Shown one piece after another: positions 47,543-59,163 of a DNA stretch of 64,000 bases (positions within the stretch are counted from its first letter, which is position 1; every line of letters starts with the position of its first letter). The notes under the pieces were generated by a model. It ran no database searches. It was not told the origin of the DNA and saw only the letters and a program-made list of their open reading frames with translations. Source of the DNA: Rhynchopus sp. YZ270_cl-10 (taxonomy: Eukaryota); contig OZ037844.1 of NCBI GenBank assembly GCA_964035575.1, positions 806,001 to 870,000 of the forward strand, given 5' to 3'. A program made the translations under genes and the position numbers.

Positions 47543-50279
47543 GGGGGATCCGTAAATAGACCGGCAACGACCAGACACGTAATTAGTGTGTATAGCCGGT
47601 CTTTAGCCGGTCTTTAGGGTCCGTAAAAAGACCGGCTCTTAAGGATTACCGGCTATAAGGGCCGGTCCTACCCACCCTCGAAAAAGACCGGCAGACCGGG
47701 TGTACAATTGTACACACAAAAAATACCCGATTTTTTGGAAAAAACCAAAGGGGGGACCCTTTGGTCGTCGAAATTCCCCAGCCAAAATTGGTCGCAAAAT
47801 CGGCCGATTTTTCAAAAATCTCAAAAAAAAAAAAATCCCAAAAATTTTTTTCACAAGTGTTTTTGAGGCCTGCTCACTACACCCTAGGCACCCTTCTGGG
47901 ACCAAAAAAGCAAAAAAAGCAAGAATTGGGCTGTTTTGAGCATCTAGAGTTTATTCCCCAGCCATTTTCTGCACCACCAGTGCATTTTGTATGGGCCAGC
48001 GCCTTGTCAAAAATCGAAAAACAGGCCTTTTGCTAACTTTGGGATTTTCCCCCTGAATGGCATGATGGTCAAAAAAAAATAATTTCCTGGAAAAAAAGTA
48101 CATTCCGAGCTTTCCCACCTGGTAAAAGCGGTCGTCGCGCGCTTCGCGCGCGCCTCCCTGCCAGCCACAGGGTGGAGAGGCGAAGGGTCAGCTTTGCAAG
48201 CTAACAAAAACGGAATCTAATCCTTTATTAACGGTGCTTGGTCTTGCGCCTTACGTACACTAACCGTACAAAATCAATACGTCTTCCAGAAGCAGGGGCT
48301 GTTGCAACAGTTGGGTCACTTTGAAATAACAATGTTCAATTTTTTGCAGCTTGGGTCAAGTTTCATTTCTGGCTGCAAAATGCAAGGGAATCCCCTTAGA
48401 CATTGTAAAATGGCATCGTAGGCAGGATAGCGTACAGCGCGAGCGAAGCGAGCGGGAATTTTTTTTGAGGTATACCTCCGCGAGCGCAGCGAGCAGAAAA
48501 ATTTCAAGGTGCCATCATGCCATCATGCCATCATGCCATCATGCCATCATGCCATCATGCCATCATGCCATCATGCCATCATGCCATCATGCCATCATGC
48601 CATCATGCCATCATGCCATCATGCCATCATGCCATCATGCCATCATGCCATCATGCCATCATGCCATCATGCCATCATGCCATCATGCCATCATGCCATC
48701 ATGCCATCATGCCATCATGCCATCATGCCATCATGCCATCATGCCATCATGCCATCATGCCATCATGCCATCATGCCATCATGCCATCATGCCATCATGC
48801 CATCATGCCATCATGCCATCATGCCATCATGCCATCTGGGGGGAAATCCCCAGGTGATGCAGAGCGAAAGCCCCCCCGTGGCATGATGGTGGCATGATGG
48901 AAAAAAAAATAAAAAACGCCCAAAAACGTGGCATGATGGCATGATGGTTAGCAAAAGGCCTGATCGAAAAATCTCAAAAAAAAAAAAAAATCCCAATTTT
49001 TTTTCACAAGTGTTTTTGAGGCCTGCTCACTACACCCTAGGCACCCTTCTGGGACCAAAAAGTCAAAAAAAGCAAGAATTGAGCTGTTTTGAGCATCTAG
49101 AGTTTATTCCCCGGCCATTTTTATGCACCACCAGTGCATTTTGTATGGGCCAGCGCCTTGTCAAAAATCGAAAAATCTCAAAAAAAAAAATTTTTTTTTC
49201 GGGAAAATTTCGACCCCTGAGTTGGGTTTTTGGGCACCAAAAAGTGCAAAAAAACGCAAAAATCGGGTGTTTTGACGATCTGGGGGTAAACCATATGCAT
49301 TATGCACCTTATGCATTACTACAGGGGCCCACAATTTCGACTTTTCCTTAGCAAATTCCGTCACAATTTTTTTTTCGATTTTGGCAAAGGCAAATCTCAG
49401 GCAAAAAAAATCACCCCGATAGTGGGTCCTTGGGTGTCCAAAGATGCCAAAAACACAAAAAAATTGATGTTTTGACCATCGGTGGGCACCTAAAACGCAC
49501 TTTTCTGCCCAAAAAATGAATATCGATTTTTTCCTTAGCGTTCTTATAGCCGCGATTTTTCAGTTTTTTTTCGCAAAGGGTGAAAAAAAAATTCACCGAA
49601 AATAGTGTGTCCTTGGGAGACCAAAAACGCAAAAAAACGCAAAATTTTGGTGTTTTGACCCTTCAGAAGCACCCAAAACGCACTTTTGTGTACAAAAACA
49701 CGCATATTTCACATTTCCTTAGCAATTCCTTTCACAAGTACAAGGCGATTTTTGACCAGACAAAAAAATTTTTATTGCTCAAAAACGGGCGTGGTAGGCA
49801 CCCGAAGTCATAAAATGGCCCAAAGAATCTAAAAACCTCAGAAATACATGTTCGTGAAAAACATTTGCAAGTCAAAATTCAACCACAATACGGTCATTTT
49901 GTGCATACCCTGTGACTGTAGTGGTTAGAGAACACGCATGCAGACCTGTTCCTTGCAATTTCCAGTGTTGTGTTTATCAATGCATGCATCCAGAGGACCT
50001 CTGGTTTACGTAATCGTAGGCACTCCTGAGCAAAAATGAAGTCGGTTTTTGACCCAAAATCGGGGTGTGTGGGCCCTAATTTGCTCCAAATTTGGCCGAA
50101 AATTGGGATTTTTCTGAAAATTTCATTGTGCTCAGCAAAAATCCTTGCTTTTTTGAAGAATTTTCCAAAAAATATGCTATACCCCCTATGACTGGACCCA
50201 ACTCCCCTCACCCCTTTTTTTTTTTCACCCAAAAGGGCCGGAAATTTTACACACTAATACACAAACTTACGGACCCCCC
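47543..50279. mobile_element. Non-autonomous element with 3-bp TSD (Harbinger-like), carrying a satellite
   Basis: Imperfect TIR GGGGG(A/G)TCCGTAA plus a subterminal ATTAGTGTGTA/TACACACTAAT pair. TCT on both flanks. Internal direct repeat at about 47810-48020 and 48965-49172. Confidence 0.7.
48510..48836. repeat. Perfect 8-bp tandem repeat (TGCCATCA)n, about 41 copies
   Basis: Directly visible. Confidence 0.98.
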
Positions 50280-50454
50280 TCTCAATAACCTGTTTTTTCT
50301 TTCTTTCAAACACCCCCCCTGAGTGACCCCCCCCTCCCCTTCCCTCCCTTCCCCCCCTCACCCTTATCACCCCCCTATCCCCTCTTGATTGCCGTACCCA
50401 CCTCTTTATGTCACAAATGTTTTTTTTTTCTTTTTTTTTTTCCATTTTTTTTTC

Positions 50455-52445
50455 TCATTCAACAAAGTAATACTGCAGAAGATACGCCGATGTGAACGAC
50501 GCGGTGCTGGCAATGACAATCTCACGTGTCGACACATCGCCTGCTGCCTCCGTGAGCAGCTCCTTAAATGCCACCCATAACATTGCACCACTCGCGAAGC
50601 CTAACCCTATGGGCAGAACCGGAAGGAACGACTCCACAAAGATAAACGCTGGCACCGCCATCAGGGGTTGAGGAAGCGATGTGAGCACACACCACAACGT
50701 TGCGTTTAATTTGCTCACCCCACGGGGGACGAGAACCAACGCTACGGCGAGCCCTTCGGGAATATTATGAATCGTCAGACACACTGCAATACAGAAGCCT
50801 ACACTTGCCCCACGCTCCCCTCCGAATGCCACACCAATACCGACACCTTCAGTAAATGAATGCAACGTCATGACTACCATAATCAACAATACCTTCTTCG
50901 CGTCCATCCCAGAGAGATCTCCAAAATGGACGTCGTCGTGACCATCTAACACCTTCTTCGTGGCGATGATGAAGAGAAAGCCCAATACAACCCCCGCCGC
51001 GCATCGGGTAAAAGGGGAGCTGAAAAGCAAAAGAGGGCACTCCGGGCATGGGTCCGCCGCAATCGCTTCAAGAAAGAGTTGTGCCGAGGCGCAAGACATC
51101 ATACCGGCAGCGACAGCGTTCGCGATGCCCAGGTACTGTTTGCTCACGGAGTGGAAGAACAGAAAGGGGATCACACCCAAGCCAGTTGCCAGGTCTGAGG
51201 GATGAGAGAGAGGGGGTTTTGAATGGGTTTTTATGAATTATTTGTTTGCGAGAGGGTGACGGGGTGGAGGGGGAGTGATTGGCGACCGTATCTGAGGAAC
51301 CATTTCCCCGTAGAAAAAGGGGAGTGAACGATGCAAAAAAGGGTCAAAAAAAAATATACCTGTGACCCAAGCGTAGAAGAAGACGTGCATGACGGTGGCC
51401 CGTTTGGTGGTAAGGTGTGTTGGGACGGAGAAGAAGGTGACAACCAGGAGGAGGCAGACCACAGCAAGGCTGCGCTTGGAGTGGCGGAGGGAGCTGAAGA
51501 GGCTGGGGGCCTTCTTTTCGTCGTCGTGGAGTGCGCTGTTGTCGACGTCGTCGCCGTCACCATCACCGTGGGCATGTCTCTGCCGCACAGCGCCATTCCG
51601 TTCGCTGCTATTGCCCGACGCTCCCGACCCCGCCTTCACGCCCAAAGCAGACTCACCCGACGCACAACCAGAGTCCACCAGAACATTCACTTCAGACTGA
51701 GAACGTGAACTGCTATCCCCATCCTCCTCAGGTGACACACAGAACGTCAAAAAGAGGACCTGTTTTGGAAAATAAATTGGGCGGGGGGGGAAAAAATCGA
51801 TTTGAAATAACAACAACCTGCACAGTGTTTTTTGGGGGCTAGCTAGGAGGTAATCCCTTACACCTGTATTATTTTGTGCTATTTTTTCCCATTTTTTGGC
51901 AATCACCACCTGATTTTTACCCCGCGTATAGGCGCGTAAAGGCCCATACAGGCTTATCAGCGGCAATACCAAATAACACTGGTAGCTTTTCAAAAAAAAA
52001 GTCTCTCCCACCCTCCTCATCACCCACCCCAAAGCAGTTGAATTCAACAAATTATGTAAAAAGCATTTTAAAAACTCCCCTCCCTCTTCCCAAAACATAC
52101 CACAGCCAGACACTGCAGGCCTGCAAGCACCAACACCGGCGGTCGTGACGACCTTCTACCCGTGGATGAGGACGACGATGCGTCGCTATCACTACCACCA
52201 CCACCCCTTGCCCCTATCCCGTTTGCGCTGTCCCCGTTGACCCCTGCATCTGATATGGAATGTATGTTGAAGTGGACATCCTTGTGTGTGGGCACGTTGT
52301 TGCGGAGCTCTGCATCCACTTCACCTTCACCACGTAAATGAAGTGTATCCACTGCCGCCGCCGCACTCAGCGCAAGCAGCAGCACGTACAGACCCAGCCA
52401 CGAGGGCCCCGGGTCGCCCCCCGCAGTCTTCTTCTCCTCCCCCAT
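50455..52445 (-). CDS. ZIP-family (ZupT/GufA-type) metal transporter. Exons 52445-52101, 51759-51360 and 51194-50455, about 494 aa.
   Basis: TLHSFTEGVGIG and IHNIPEGLAV signature motifs. Two GT-AG introns (52100-51760 phase 0, 51359-51195 phase 1) join three open frames. Confidence 0.85.
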
Positions 52446-52533
52446 CGCCCTGCACTGCGCTTCCTGCCGGCACTCCACCTCGGGGGTGATATCAAAAGAA
52501 CACAAAAAAAGAGGGAAAACGAGAGAGAAGAAG

Positions 52534-52711
52534 AGGGCAGGGGAGAGGTGTAACGGTACGTTCTATAGGGCAGGGGAGAGGTGTAACGGTACGTTCTATA
52601 GGGCAGGGGAGAGGTGTAACGGTACGTTCTATAGGGCAGGGGAGAGGTGTAACGGTACGTTCTATAGGGCAGGGGAGAGGTGTAACGGTACGTTCTATAG
52701 GGCAGGGGAGA
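52534..52711. repeat. 33-bp minisatellite, about 5.4 copies (AGGGCAGGGGAGAGGTGTAACGGTACGTTCTAT)
   Basis: Perfect head-to-tail copies with no spacers. Confidence 0.95.
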
Positions 52712-53075
52712 TGTCGGGTGGGAGATGGGGTGGGCTATGTGAGGTGAATCGAGTGAGGGGGGCTTAGAAAAATGTGGTAAGAAAAATGGTTGGTTCTCTC
52801 TGTATTGCTTTGGAAAATGGGAGGGGTTTTTTTTTCTGAAAAAGGCGGTCATGAATTGTCTTGTTGGTGGTGTTCAAAGTTTTACTCATGATATGCCTTT
52901 ATTTACATAAACTGGACAGAGCAGGGGGGTACGTTACGGTGCACATGAAAAGCACTTATTTTTCTTTGTCGACATCAAGAGAATGAGGGGGGGCAATGAC
53001 TTTGCTTGAGATTACAACTCATCCATATCAAAACTAGTTTTTTTCTTCTTCTTCTTTTGCTACTTTAATTTTAGT

Positions 53076-54473
53076 TTAGTTTTTGTTTGCAGGTTTCTTC
53101 CGCTTGCGGACTTCATTGGATGCTTCGTCTCGTCTCCGTTTCGGACGGGCCCCCACAACACTCAGCCCAGCCTTTTTCACAGCTTTCGACACAACAGCGC
53201 TGCACCCAGAGAGCTGGATGCTCTGCAAGCTTGGCAACCGGAAGAAGTCTTTCCCGATGTGCGTAACGCCGCTCAATGCAGAAAGGTCCAGCTCGGTTAA
53301 ACCGCTGCATCCATACAGAAAGTCGTCCCCAATCTGCGTCAGATTGTTGAGCGAAGACAAATCGAGCGACGTTACCCCGGCAGACTCGCAGAGGAAGCAG
53401 TCCCCAACCTGCGTGAGGTTGCTGAGTGGGGACACATCCAGCGCTGGCAAATGGTTTTGATCGAGAAAGTGCGTCCCAACATGGGTAAGGCTGCTGAGCG
53501 GGGACAGGTCCAGAGCGGATAGAGATCTGCAGTAGGAGAGGAAGTAACCTTCGATGTGCGTGACGCTGGTGAGTGAATCCAGGTTGAGGTCTGTTAGACT
53601 TGTGCATCCGGAGAGAAAATGGGTCCCAATGCGCGTCAAACTGTTGAGCGAAGGCAAGGCTAACGCTGTCACAGCGCATTCGTATAGAAAGCAGTCACCA
53701 AGTTGGGTAAGATTGTTGAGCGGAGGCAAGGTGAGCGCCGTTAAATTGCGGGTCCCGTATAGGAAGGAACTCCCTATACTTGTAAGGCTGTTGAGTGAAG
53801 AGAAGTTGACGGTTGCCACGATTGTAGAGGTGAAGAAGAAGTCTCCAATGTGCATCAGGTTGGGTGCCGACAAGTTGAACGTTTTTAGGCTCCGATTTTC
53901 ATACAGAAAATATTCCCCGATGTGCGTAAGACTGTTGAGTGAAGTCATGTCGAGAGTAGTTAACCTCCCGCAGTTGCAGAGAAACCAGTCCCCTATGTGC
54001 GTCAGGTTAGTGAGTGAAGACAGGTTGAGGGCTGACAAGCCTCCGTCCATCAGGAAGCATTCCCCAATCCGCGTGACAGCCGAGACAGCACTGAGATCAA
54101 GTTGCGTCAACGATGCGCCCCCCAAGAAATCATTTGGAATCACAGTCGTCACCTCTGCCTGCAGAAGCAGACACGCGACCTCAGGATCCTTCACAGTGTC
54201 CAACCTCTCTGGCACCAGGTCTGTCTCACCCAACGCACGAAGCGCTTCTCTGGCCTCGAATTTCTTCGCCTTCGATAAGACAATAATATCTCCAGCACTC
54301 AGCTGTGTCATGTCCGCTCCTACACCCATCGCTTCGCCTCCGAAACTCATGCCAAAGCTGTCTTCTGGAAGCCCCACTGCAGACGCCACCTTCCTCCGCA
54401 TGTCCGTAGTTGTGTCAGCCAGAGCCACCTCGATTACATGCGTATCATCGAAGGCCTCTACGATAATATCCAT
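53076..54473 (-). CDS. Ubiquitin-like domain plus leucine-rich repeat (BspA-like) protein with basic C-terminal NLS-like tail (465 aa)
   Basis: Ubl-like N-terminus MDIIVEAF..MRRKVASAVGLP. About 25-aa repeats LxxLdLssLxxLTxIGxxFLxxC. Tail RPKRRR..RKRKK. Confidence 0.85.
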   Translation of the reverse strand: MDIIVEAFDDTHVIEVALADTTTDMRRKVASAVGLPEDSFGMSFGGEAMGVGADMTQLSAGDIIVLSKAKKFEAREALRALGETDLVPERLDTVKDPEVACLLLQAEVTTVIPNDFLGGASLTQLDLSAVSAVTRIGECFLMDGGLSALNLSSLTNLTHIGDWFLCNCGRLTTLDMTSLNSLTHIGEYFLYENRSLKTFNLSAPNLMHIGDFFFTSTIVATVNFSSLNSLTSIGSSFLYGTRNLTALTLPPLNNLTQLGDCFLYECAVTALALPSLNSLTRIGTHFLSGCTSLTDLNLDSLTSVTHIEGYFLSYCRSLSALDLSPLSSLTHVGTHFLDQNHLPALDVSPLSNLTQVGDCFLCESAGVTSLDLSSLNNLTQIGDDFLYGCSGLTELDLSALSGVTHIGKDFFRLPSLQSIQLSGCSAVVSKAVKKAGLSVVGARPKRRRDEASNEVRKRKKPANKN

Positions 54474-55094
54474 ATTTTGTACAGCCTAAGTCCTGATGTA
54501 TAGTTTGATGGTTTGATGGTTGCCGCATCGGGGGGAGGCTTATAGTTTGAAAATAGAAACTAACTTCCGGTTCTGAATAAAAAGAAAACAATGAAAAACA
54601 ACTTTTTCGTTTATCGCTCCGCAAGCTTGTTGTGTTTTTTCGCTGAAGTGTGTGTTGTATGATAGAGAAAAAATAATGAGGGAGAAAACACAAGCTGGCG
54701 GGCACGCACCTTCCGTCGTTTCTATTTCCTATTGTCAAGTACCTTGATTTACAAAAAAAAACACATTTGTTTTGTTCTTCCGTTTTTTGCTTCCAAGATT
54801 TTCATTCATTTGCTTTTTAGTTGTTTGGCTCTGTAGAAAAACACGGAACCACCTGTGTGCTGCCCCTTGCCATATCTATCCATGGAAACTATCACTATAC
54901 GATACTGGCTTCATTCCAGAGGACCAAAGAGAACCAAGATAAACACCTCAACAACGTGCATTATAAAAATGGAACATAACAAAAAAACACACGTGAACAA
55001 CCAACAACCTTTTTCCCCCTTCCCCAGCAGTTTTACTTTTGAGAAATATTTCTGAGGCTAACTGACACAACTCCCCTCCCTCTAACCCTCTTTT

Positions 55095-55670
55095 TTATTC
55101 CCGTTTTTTGTGACGCCCTTGGGATTTATGCGCGGTGCCGTTTTGTACAGGGACAAAGTCGTTGGTTTCTAATACTTCAAGCGTGACGGGCCAGTTGTTG
55201 CAGTACGCGAGGTCTTGGGTGTGGATGCGTCCAACCTGGACGCTACCGTGGGCAATCTTTTCTCCTGCGTCGTTTACAATGTGGTACACCACTTCGGCAC
55301 CACCTGGAAGGGGGCCGTGCAGGGTGAACTGCACCTGGTGTTGGTTCGCATTCGCGACCCCCGCCGCAGTGTCGAAATGCCACTCAACCCTCCACCGTTC
55401 GCTGCTCAGACGTTTCGCCGCCTTCGCCACACCACACCCCACTGCCACAGCCCCCACCCCCACCCCCACCGCCGCGACCCCTGCCTTCCAGTAGTCCCAC
55501 GTCCCCCATCCCTCCATCTTCTTCTTCGGTTCCTCGGGCCTCTCCTCGAGTATCCCTTCTTTGGCAGGGGAGGGCTCTTCCTCAGGTGCTTCTGAAGGGG
55601 TGTTTGTCGAGAGTGTGTCTTCCTCTTTTTGCTCCACAAATTTCTCAAACGATTCTTCCTTATTTTCCAT
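55095..55670 (-). CDS. Hypothetical protein (191 aa) with acidic N-terminus and a Gly/Val/Ala hydrophobic segment
   Basis: ORF following a pyrimidine tract and AG. Start MENKEE is inferred. Confidence 0.6.
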   Translation of the reverse strand: MENKEESFEKFVEQKEEDTLSTNTPSEAPEEEPSPAKEGILEERPEEPKKKMEGWGTWDYWKAGVAAVGVGVGAVAVGCGVAKAAKRLSSERWRVEWHFDTAAGVANANQHQVQFTLHGPLPGGAEVVYHIVNDAGEKIAHGSVQVGRIHTQDLAYCNNWPVTLEVLETNDFVPVQNGTAHKSQGRHKKRE

Positions 55671-56917
55671 TCCTGGGGGATAGTGTTGTGCGGGGAGGGG
55701 GAGGGAGGATGGGGAAGGAATGAGGTCAGGACAGTGAAGTAAGTTGGACGATGTGAAAAGAGTGAGCTTGGCGTTTTCCAGTAGAGGTAGAGTGGGGCAA
55801 ATATAGGCGGTACACTTGTACAAATACCCACGATGTGACCCACTGTGTCACACTATGTAAATTAAAGTCCTAGGTGGCCATAAGGCTCAAACCCTCGGAA
55901 CAACAAGGCTCCTCGAAGTGTTACGCCCGCCAGTCCATTCGGACTCGTATAGACCCGGTTGGAGGTAAAAAGATTAAAAAAATATGTCACTTGAGGGGGG
56001 GTTTTCCAGATTTACAAAAAAAGCTACGCTGGGTAGAGAGAGAGAGGGGTAACAGTACAAATAAAAAGAGAAAATTTTGGTAAAGATGATTCTAAGTATC
56101 ACGTACTTAGGTCACACCTACAATAAAAAGTGGAGATTTGCACAAAACTGCGGCAACACAACCGAGGCAACTACACTCCAACAATTTATCAAAAAAAAAA
56201 AAGAAAAAAAAGGTGGGTAAGATGAATCTAAGCATCTGTTCAATCACCTTTGAAGTGGGGAAAAGTCTGTCGTGATGTTTTGTTTGAGACAAAAAAAATT
56301 GAAGCGGGGCCGGAAAGTGAATCCGGAAGACCCGTTGATGCTTCGTGGGGGATGGGAATATGGGCTCTAAATACACACAAAACACATAGCATGCGACATG
56401 GGTGGTGGGGGGTGGGGAAGAGGGGGGGGTGACAGCTGTCCTAGCTGCTGAGGCGGCGTACGGGGTGGGTGGTGTCCTCCAGAGCTGGGTGGCTGGGCTG
56501 TTTAGGAACCTTGCTCGCAGGTGTCTTTGAGGGGCAGGGTTGGATACGTTCAGTTCGTGGAGACAAAACGCAGGGCAGAAAGCACAAAGCACAATGCCCG
56601 CAGCTATCGCGCAATTCCCTTTCCACTACGCTCAGAGAAGAGGAGTGTTCATGCGAGCCTGTTAAGGGGTGGGTATTGCTTTATGGTACACGCTATTACA
56701 GACTGAACAGAAATCCTGTTTGCAGGCGCGCAATTTTAAATACACAATGGAACGGTGCATAAAAGTATGGCAGATATGCAATTACATTTTCTGAAGAAGG
56801 CGCTAAATTATAAAACCACATCTGGGGATATTCCACACCTTGCCCCAAAAACTGTTGCAACATCAGCACCAACCCATAACAAAAAAAAAAAAAATGATTT
56901 ATTATTTTGACCACTCT

Positions 56918-57598
56918 TCATACCTGCGCTACTGCCAGCTTTTCTGTCCACTGAAGGGTGCTCCACTCTTGCCCCCAGAGGCCTTCTAGCTGCTCGAGAA
57001 TTGCACGAGGGAAGCCGAGCACTTGCGTTTTTGCGAGCTGCTGGATGGCACCTCGCGTTGCGCTGCCCGCCTCTGCCACGGGCGACGGGAGTAGGTCAGC
57101 GTCCATCTCACGCTCACCACCACCACCACTTGGCAGCACATCATCAAACTCATAGTACTCGCTGGCGTCGCCCACCAGGGGGTACTGGCGCTCGGGCGAG
57201 CGGCTCGCGTTGTGCGCAAGCTCTGTGCTCTGACGGAAGGAGCTGCGCTGTGCTGGGGACGCTGATACCGACGCAACTGAAGCTGACGCTGGGGCTGGGG
57301 GTGCAGCCGCCACCCCTCTGCCGTCAGGCGCACCCTGTGGTGCGACCCTGCCCTGTGCACCTGCACCTTCCTCTGTCCTTCCCCTCTGGACAGACTCGCT
57401 CCAGTCCAGGAGCGGACATCCACCGTTGCTGTCGAGCGCTGGAACTTCATAGCGGCGCGACAGTGATGCGGGCACCGAACCTACAGTTGCCGCAGCAGCA
57501 GCACCACATGGCGCACGCACGGTGCGCAGTGGTGAGCTGTACCTGCTCTGCGTAGAAGACATGTGGTACTGCAGGTACGACGCGCTTGTTGGAAGCAT
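56918..57598 (-). CDS. Hypothetical protein (possibly a first exon only)
   Basis: GC-rich ORF after a pyrimidine tract. It ends CAG|GTATGA, like a splice donor, but no downstream exon was resolved. Confidence 0.55.
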   Translation of the reverse strand: MLPTSASYLQYHMSSTQSRYSSPLRTVRAPCGAAAAATVGSVPASLSRRYEVPALDSNGGCPLLDWSESVQRGRTEEGAGAQGRVAPQGAPDGRGVAAAPPAPASASVASVSASPAQRSSFRQSTELAHNASRSPERQYPLVGDASEYYEFDDVLPSGGGGEREMDADLLPSPVAEAGSATRGAIQQLAKTQVLGFPRAILEQLEGLWGQEWSTLQWTEKLAVAQV

Positions 57599-58068
57599 TG
57601 GAAAAAATAATGTGTGTCTTTTTTTTTTTTTGCTCCCCTGAGTGTTGAATGAGGAGGGAAGGAGAGGGTGGGGGAGTGATGCATATGCAGATGGGAGCGT
57701 GAGTCTCGGTGTTTGCACCGCCGTAACGACGGTTGGGTTAGCGCGCCACTGAGCTGAGTCTCAAGGCGGGGGTTAAGGAGCTGCGCCAGAACCTGTACCG
57801 GCACGTAGACGGCAGCACAGCCTAAATCGAAATTCTCATGAGAAAATATTGGCCTGCGGTGGGTTCGTTGTGGGTGTTGGAGCAAGAAAGATTGCACTCG
57901 TGATGGGGCGATGGTGAAGCAGCTGAGGCCAGACGACCGCCACAGTGGGATGAGCAACACCATCCGCAAATACGATGCCTTCAGTGGTAGCCTCTCTCGT
58001 GGTCGTGCGCTGTGGGAAGCAAAGATTCTCTCTCGAACACAGCGGTGTGCAGTGGAGTCCAGGCGTCG

Positions 58069-59163
58069 CTAACTGGCATCGGTGTCAGTATCAGTGTCAT
58101 CACATTCAGCACCAACGTCTGCCCCTGCATCAATGAGCAACTTCGACACATCTGAGTGCTTCATTGACACTGCGTAGTGCAGTGGAGTTAAGCCGCTGTT
58201 ATTTGACTGATTCATATCCACCTCAGGCATGCACAGAAGAGTGCGCACAGTCTCGGTGTGTCCACAGTACGCTGCGTACACAAGACATGTGTCTCCTATG
58301 TTGTCTGTGACGCACACTTCCGCACCTGCTTTGACCAACAACTTCACAGCATCGAGTGACCCTTCCCTACAAGCACGGTGCAAAGGTGAAGATCCATCCT
58401 CGTCCTTTGCCTCGATGTCTGCACCTGCATCAATGAGCACCTCCACCGCTTCAGTATAGTTTTCTTGAGCTGCAAAGTGCAACGCAGTGAAGTTCTCATC
58501 TTCTGAGTGATGCACATCCACCTCAGGCACGGTCACAAGATAGCGCACAGTCTCGGTGCGTCCGAAACATGCCGCAAGCGTAAGACATGTGCCTCCTTCG
58601 TTGTCTGTGACACACACTCCCGCACCTGCTTTGACCAACATCTTCACAACTGTGATCGTGCCTGAAATGCTCGCCCTAAGCATAGGTGAACGTCCATCCT
58701 CATCCTTTGTCTCGATGTCTGCCCCTGCATCAATGAGCACCTGAAACACTGCAGGGTCCTCCCACATGGCTGGACAGGGACGAGGTGCATTACCTTGGAC
58801 CTGCCCGTGTGGAACAAACGCAACGTTGCTGCAGACTGACTTCCAATGCTGCAAGAGGACCTCCGTGCACGCAGTGTGGTCTGCGTGGACGCACTCACTC
58901 AGCAGCATCCCGAAGCCCATCTGCGTTGTCTCAACATACGGAAGAAGCAGTGCGAGGCATTCATCGTGGTTCCCTCTGCATGCCTCGTGCACAGCATCGA
59001 AGGAAACCGTTTTGCTGTCTGTGTCTGGGCTGAGCTTCTCAAGTCCCGCCCGCACAGCAGTCGTGTCGCCGTTCCTGGCAGCCTCCACCAAGACCTCGTC
59101 TGCAGAAAGCTTTCTTCCCTTTGGTGCCTTCTCTGCAGTGCTGTCTGCGTGTCGCTTCGACAT
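58069..59163 (-). CDS. Ankyrin-repeat family paralogue 7 (364 aa, 2 triplets)
   Basis: Constant N-terminus plus ankyrin repeats. Confidence 0.88.
   Translation of the reverse strand: MSKRHADSTAEKAPKGRKLSADEVLVEAARNGDTTAVRAGLEKLSPDTDSKTVSFDAVHEACRGNHDECLALLLPYVETTQMGFGMLLSECVHADHTACTEVLLQHWKSVCSNVAFVPHGQVQGNAPRPCPAMWEDPAVFQVLIDAGADIETKDEDGRSPMLRASISGTITVVKMLVKAGAGVCVTDNEGGTCLTLAACFGRTETVRYLVTVPEVDVHHSEDENFTALHFAAQENYTEAVEVLIDAGADIEAKDEDGSSPLHRACREGSLDAVKLLVKAGAEVCVTDNIGDTCLVYAAYCGHTETVRTLLCMPEVDMNQSNNSGLTPLHYAVSMKHSDVSKLLIDAGADVGAECDDTDTDTDAS

Noticed and set aside
48351..48897. ORFs encoding (MPSCHHAI)n
   Set aside because: Artefact of a stop-free 8-bp satellite.
52534..52711. CRISPR-like 33-bp repeats
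   Set aside because: Head-to-tail with no spacers, no cas genes, and eukaryotic context.
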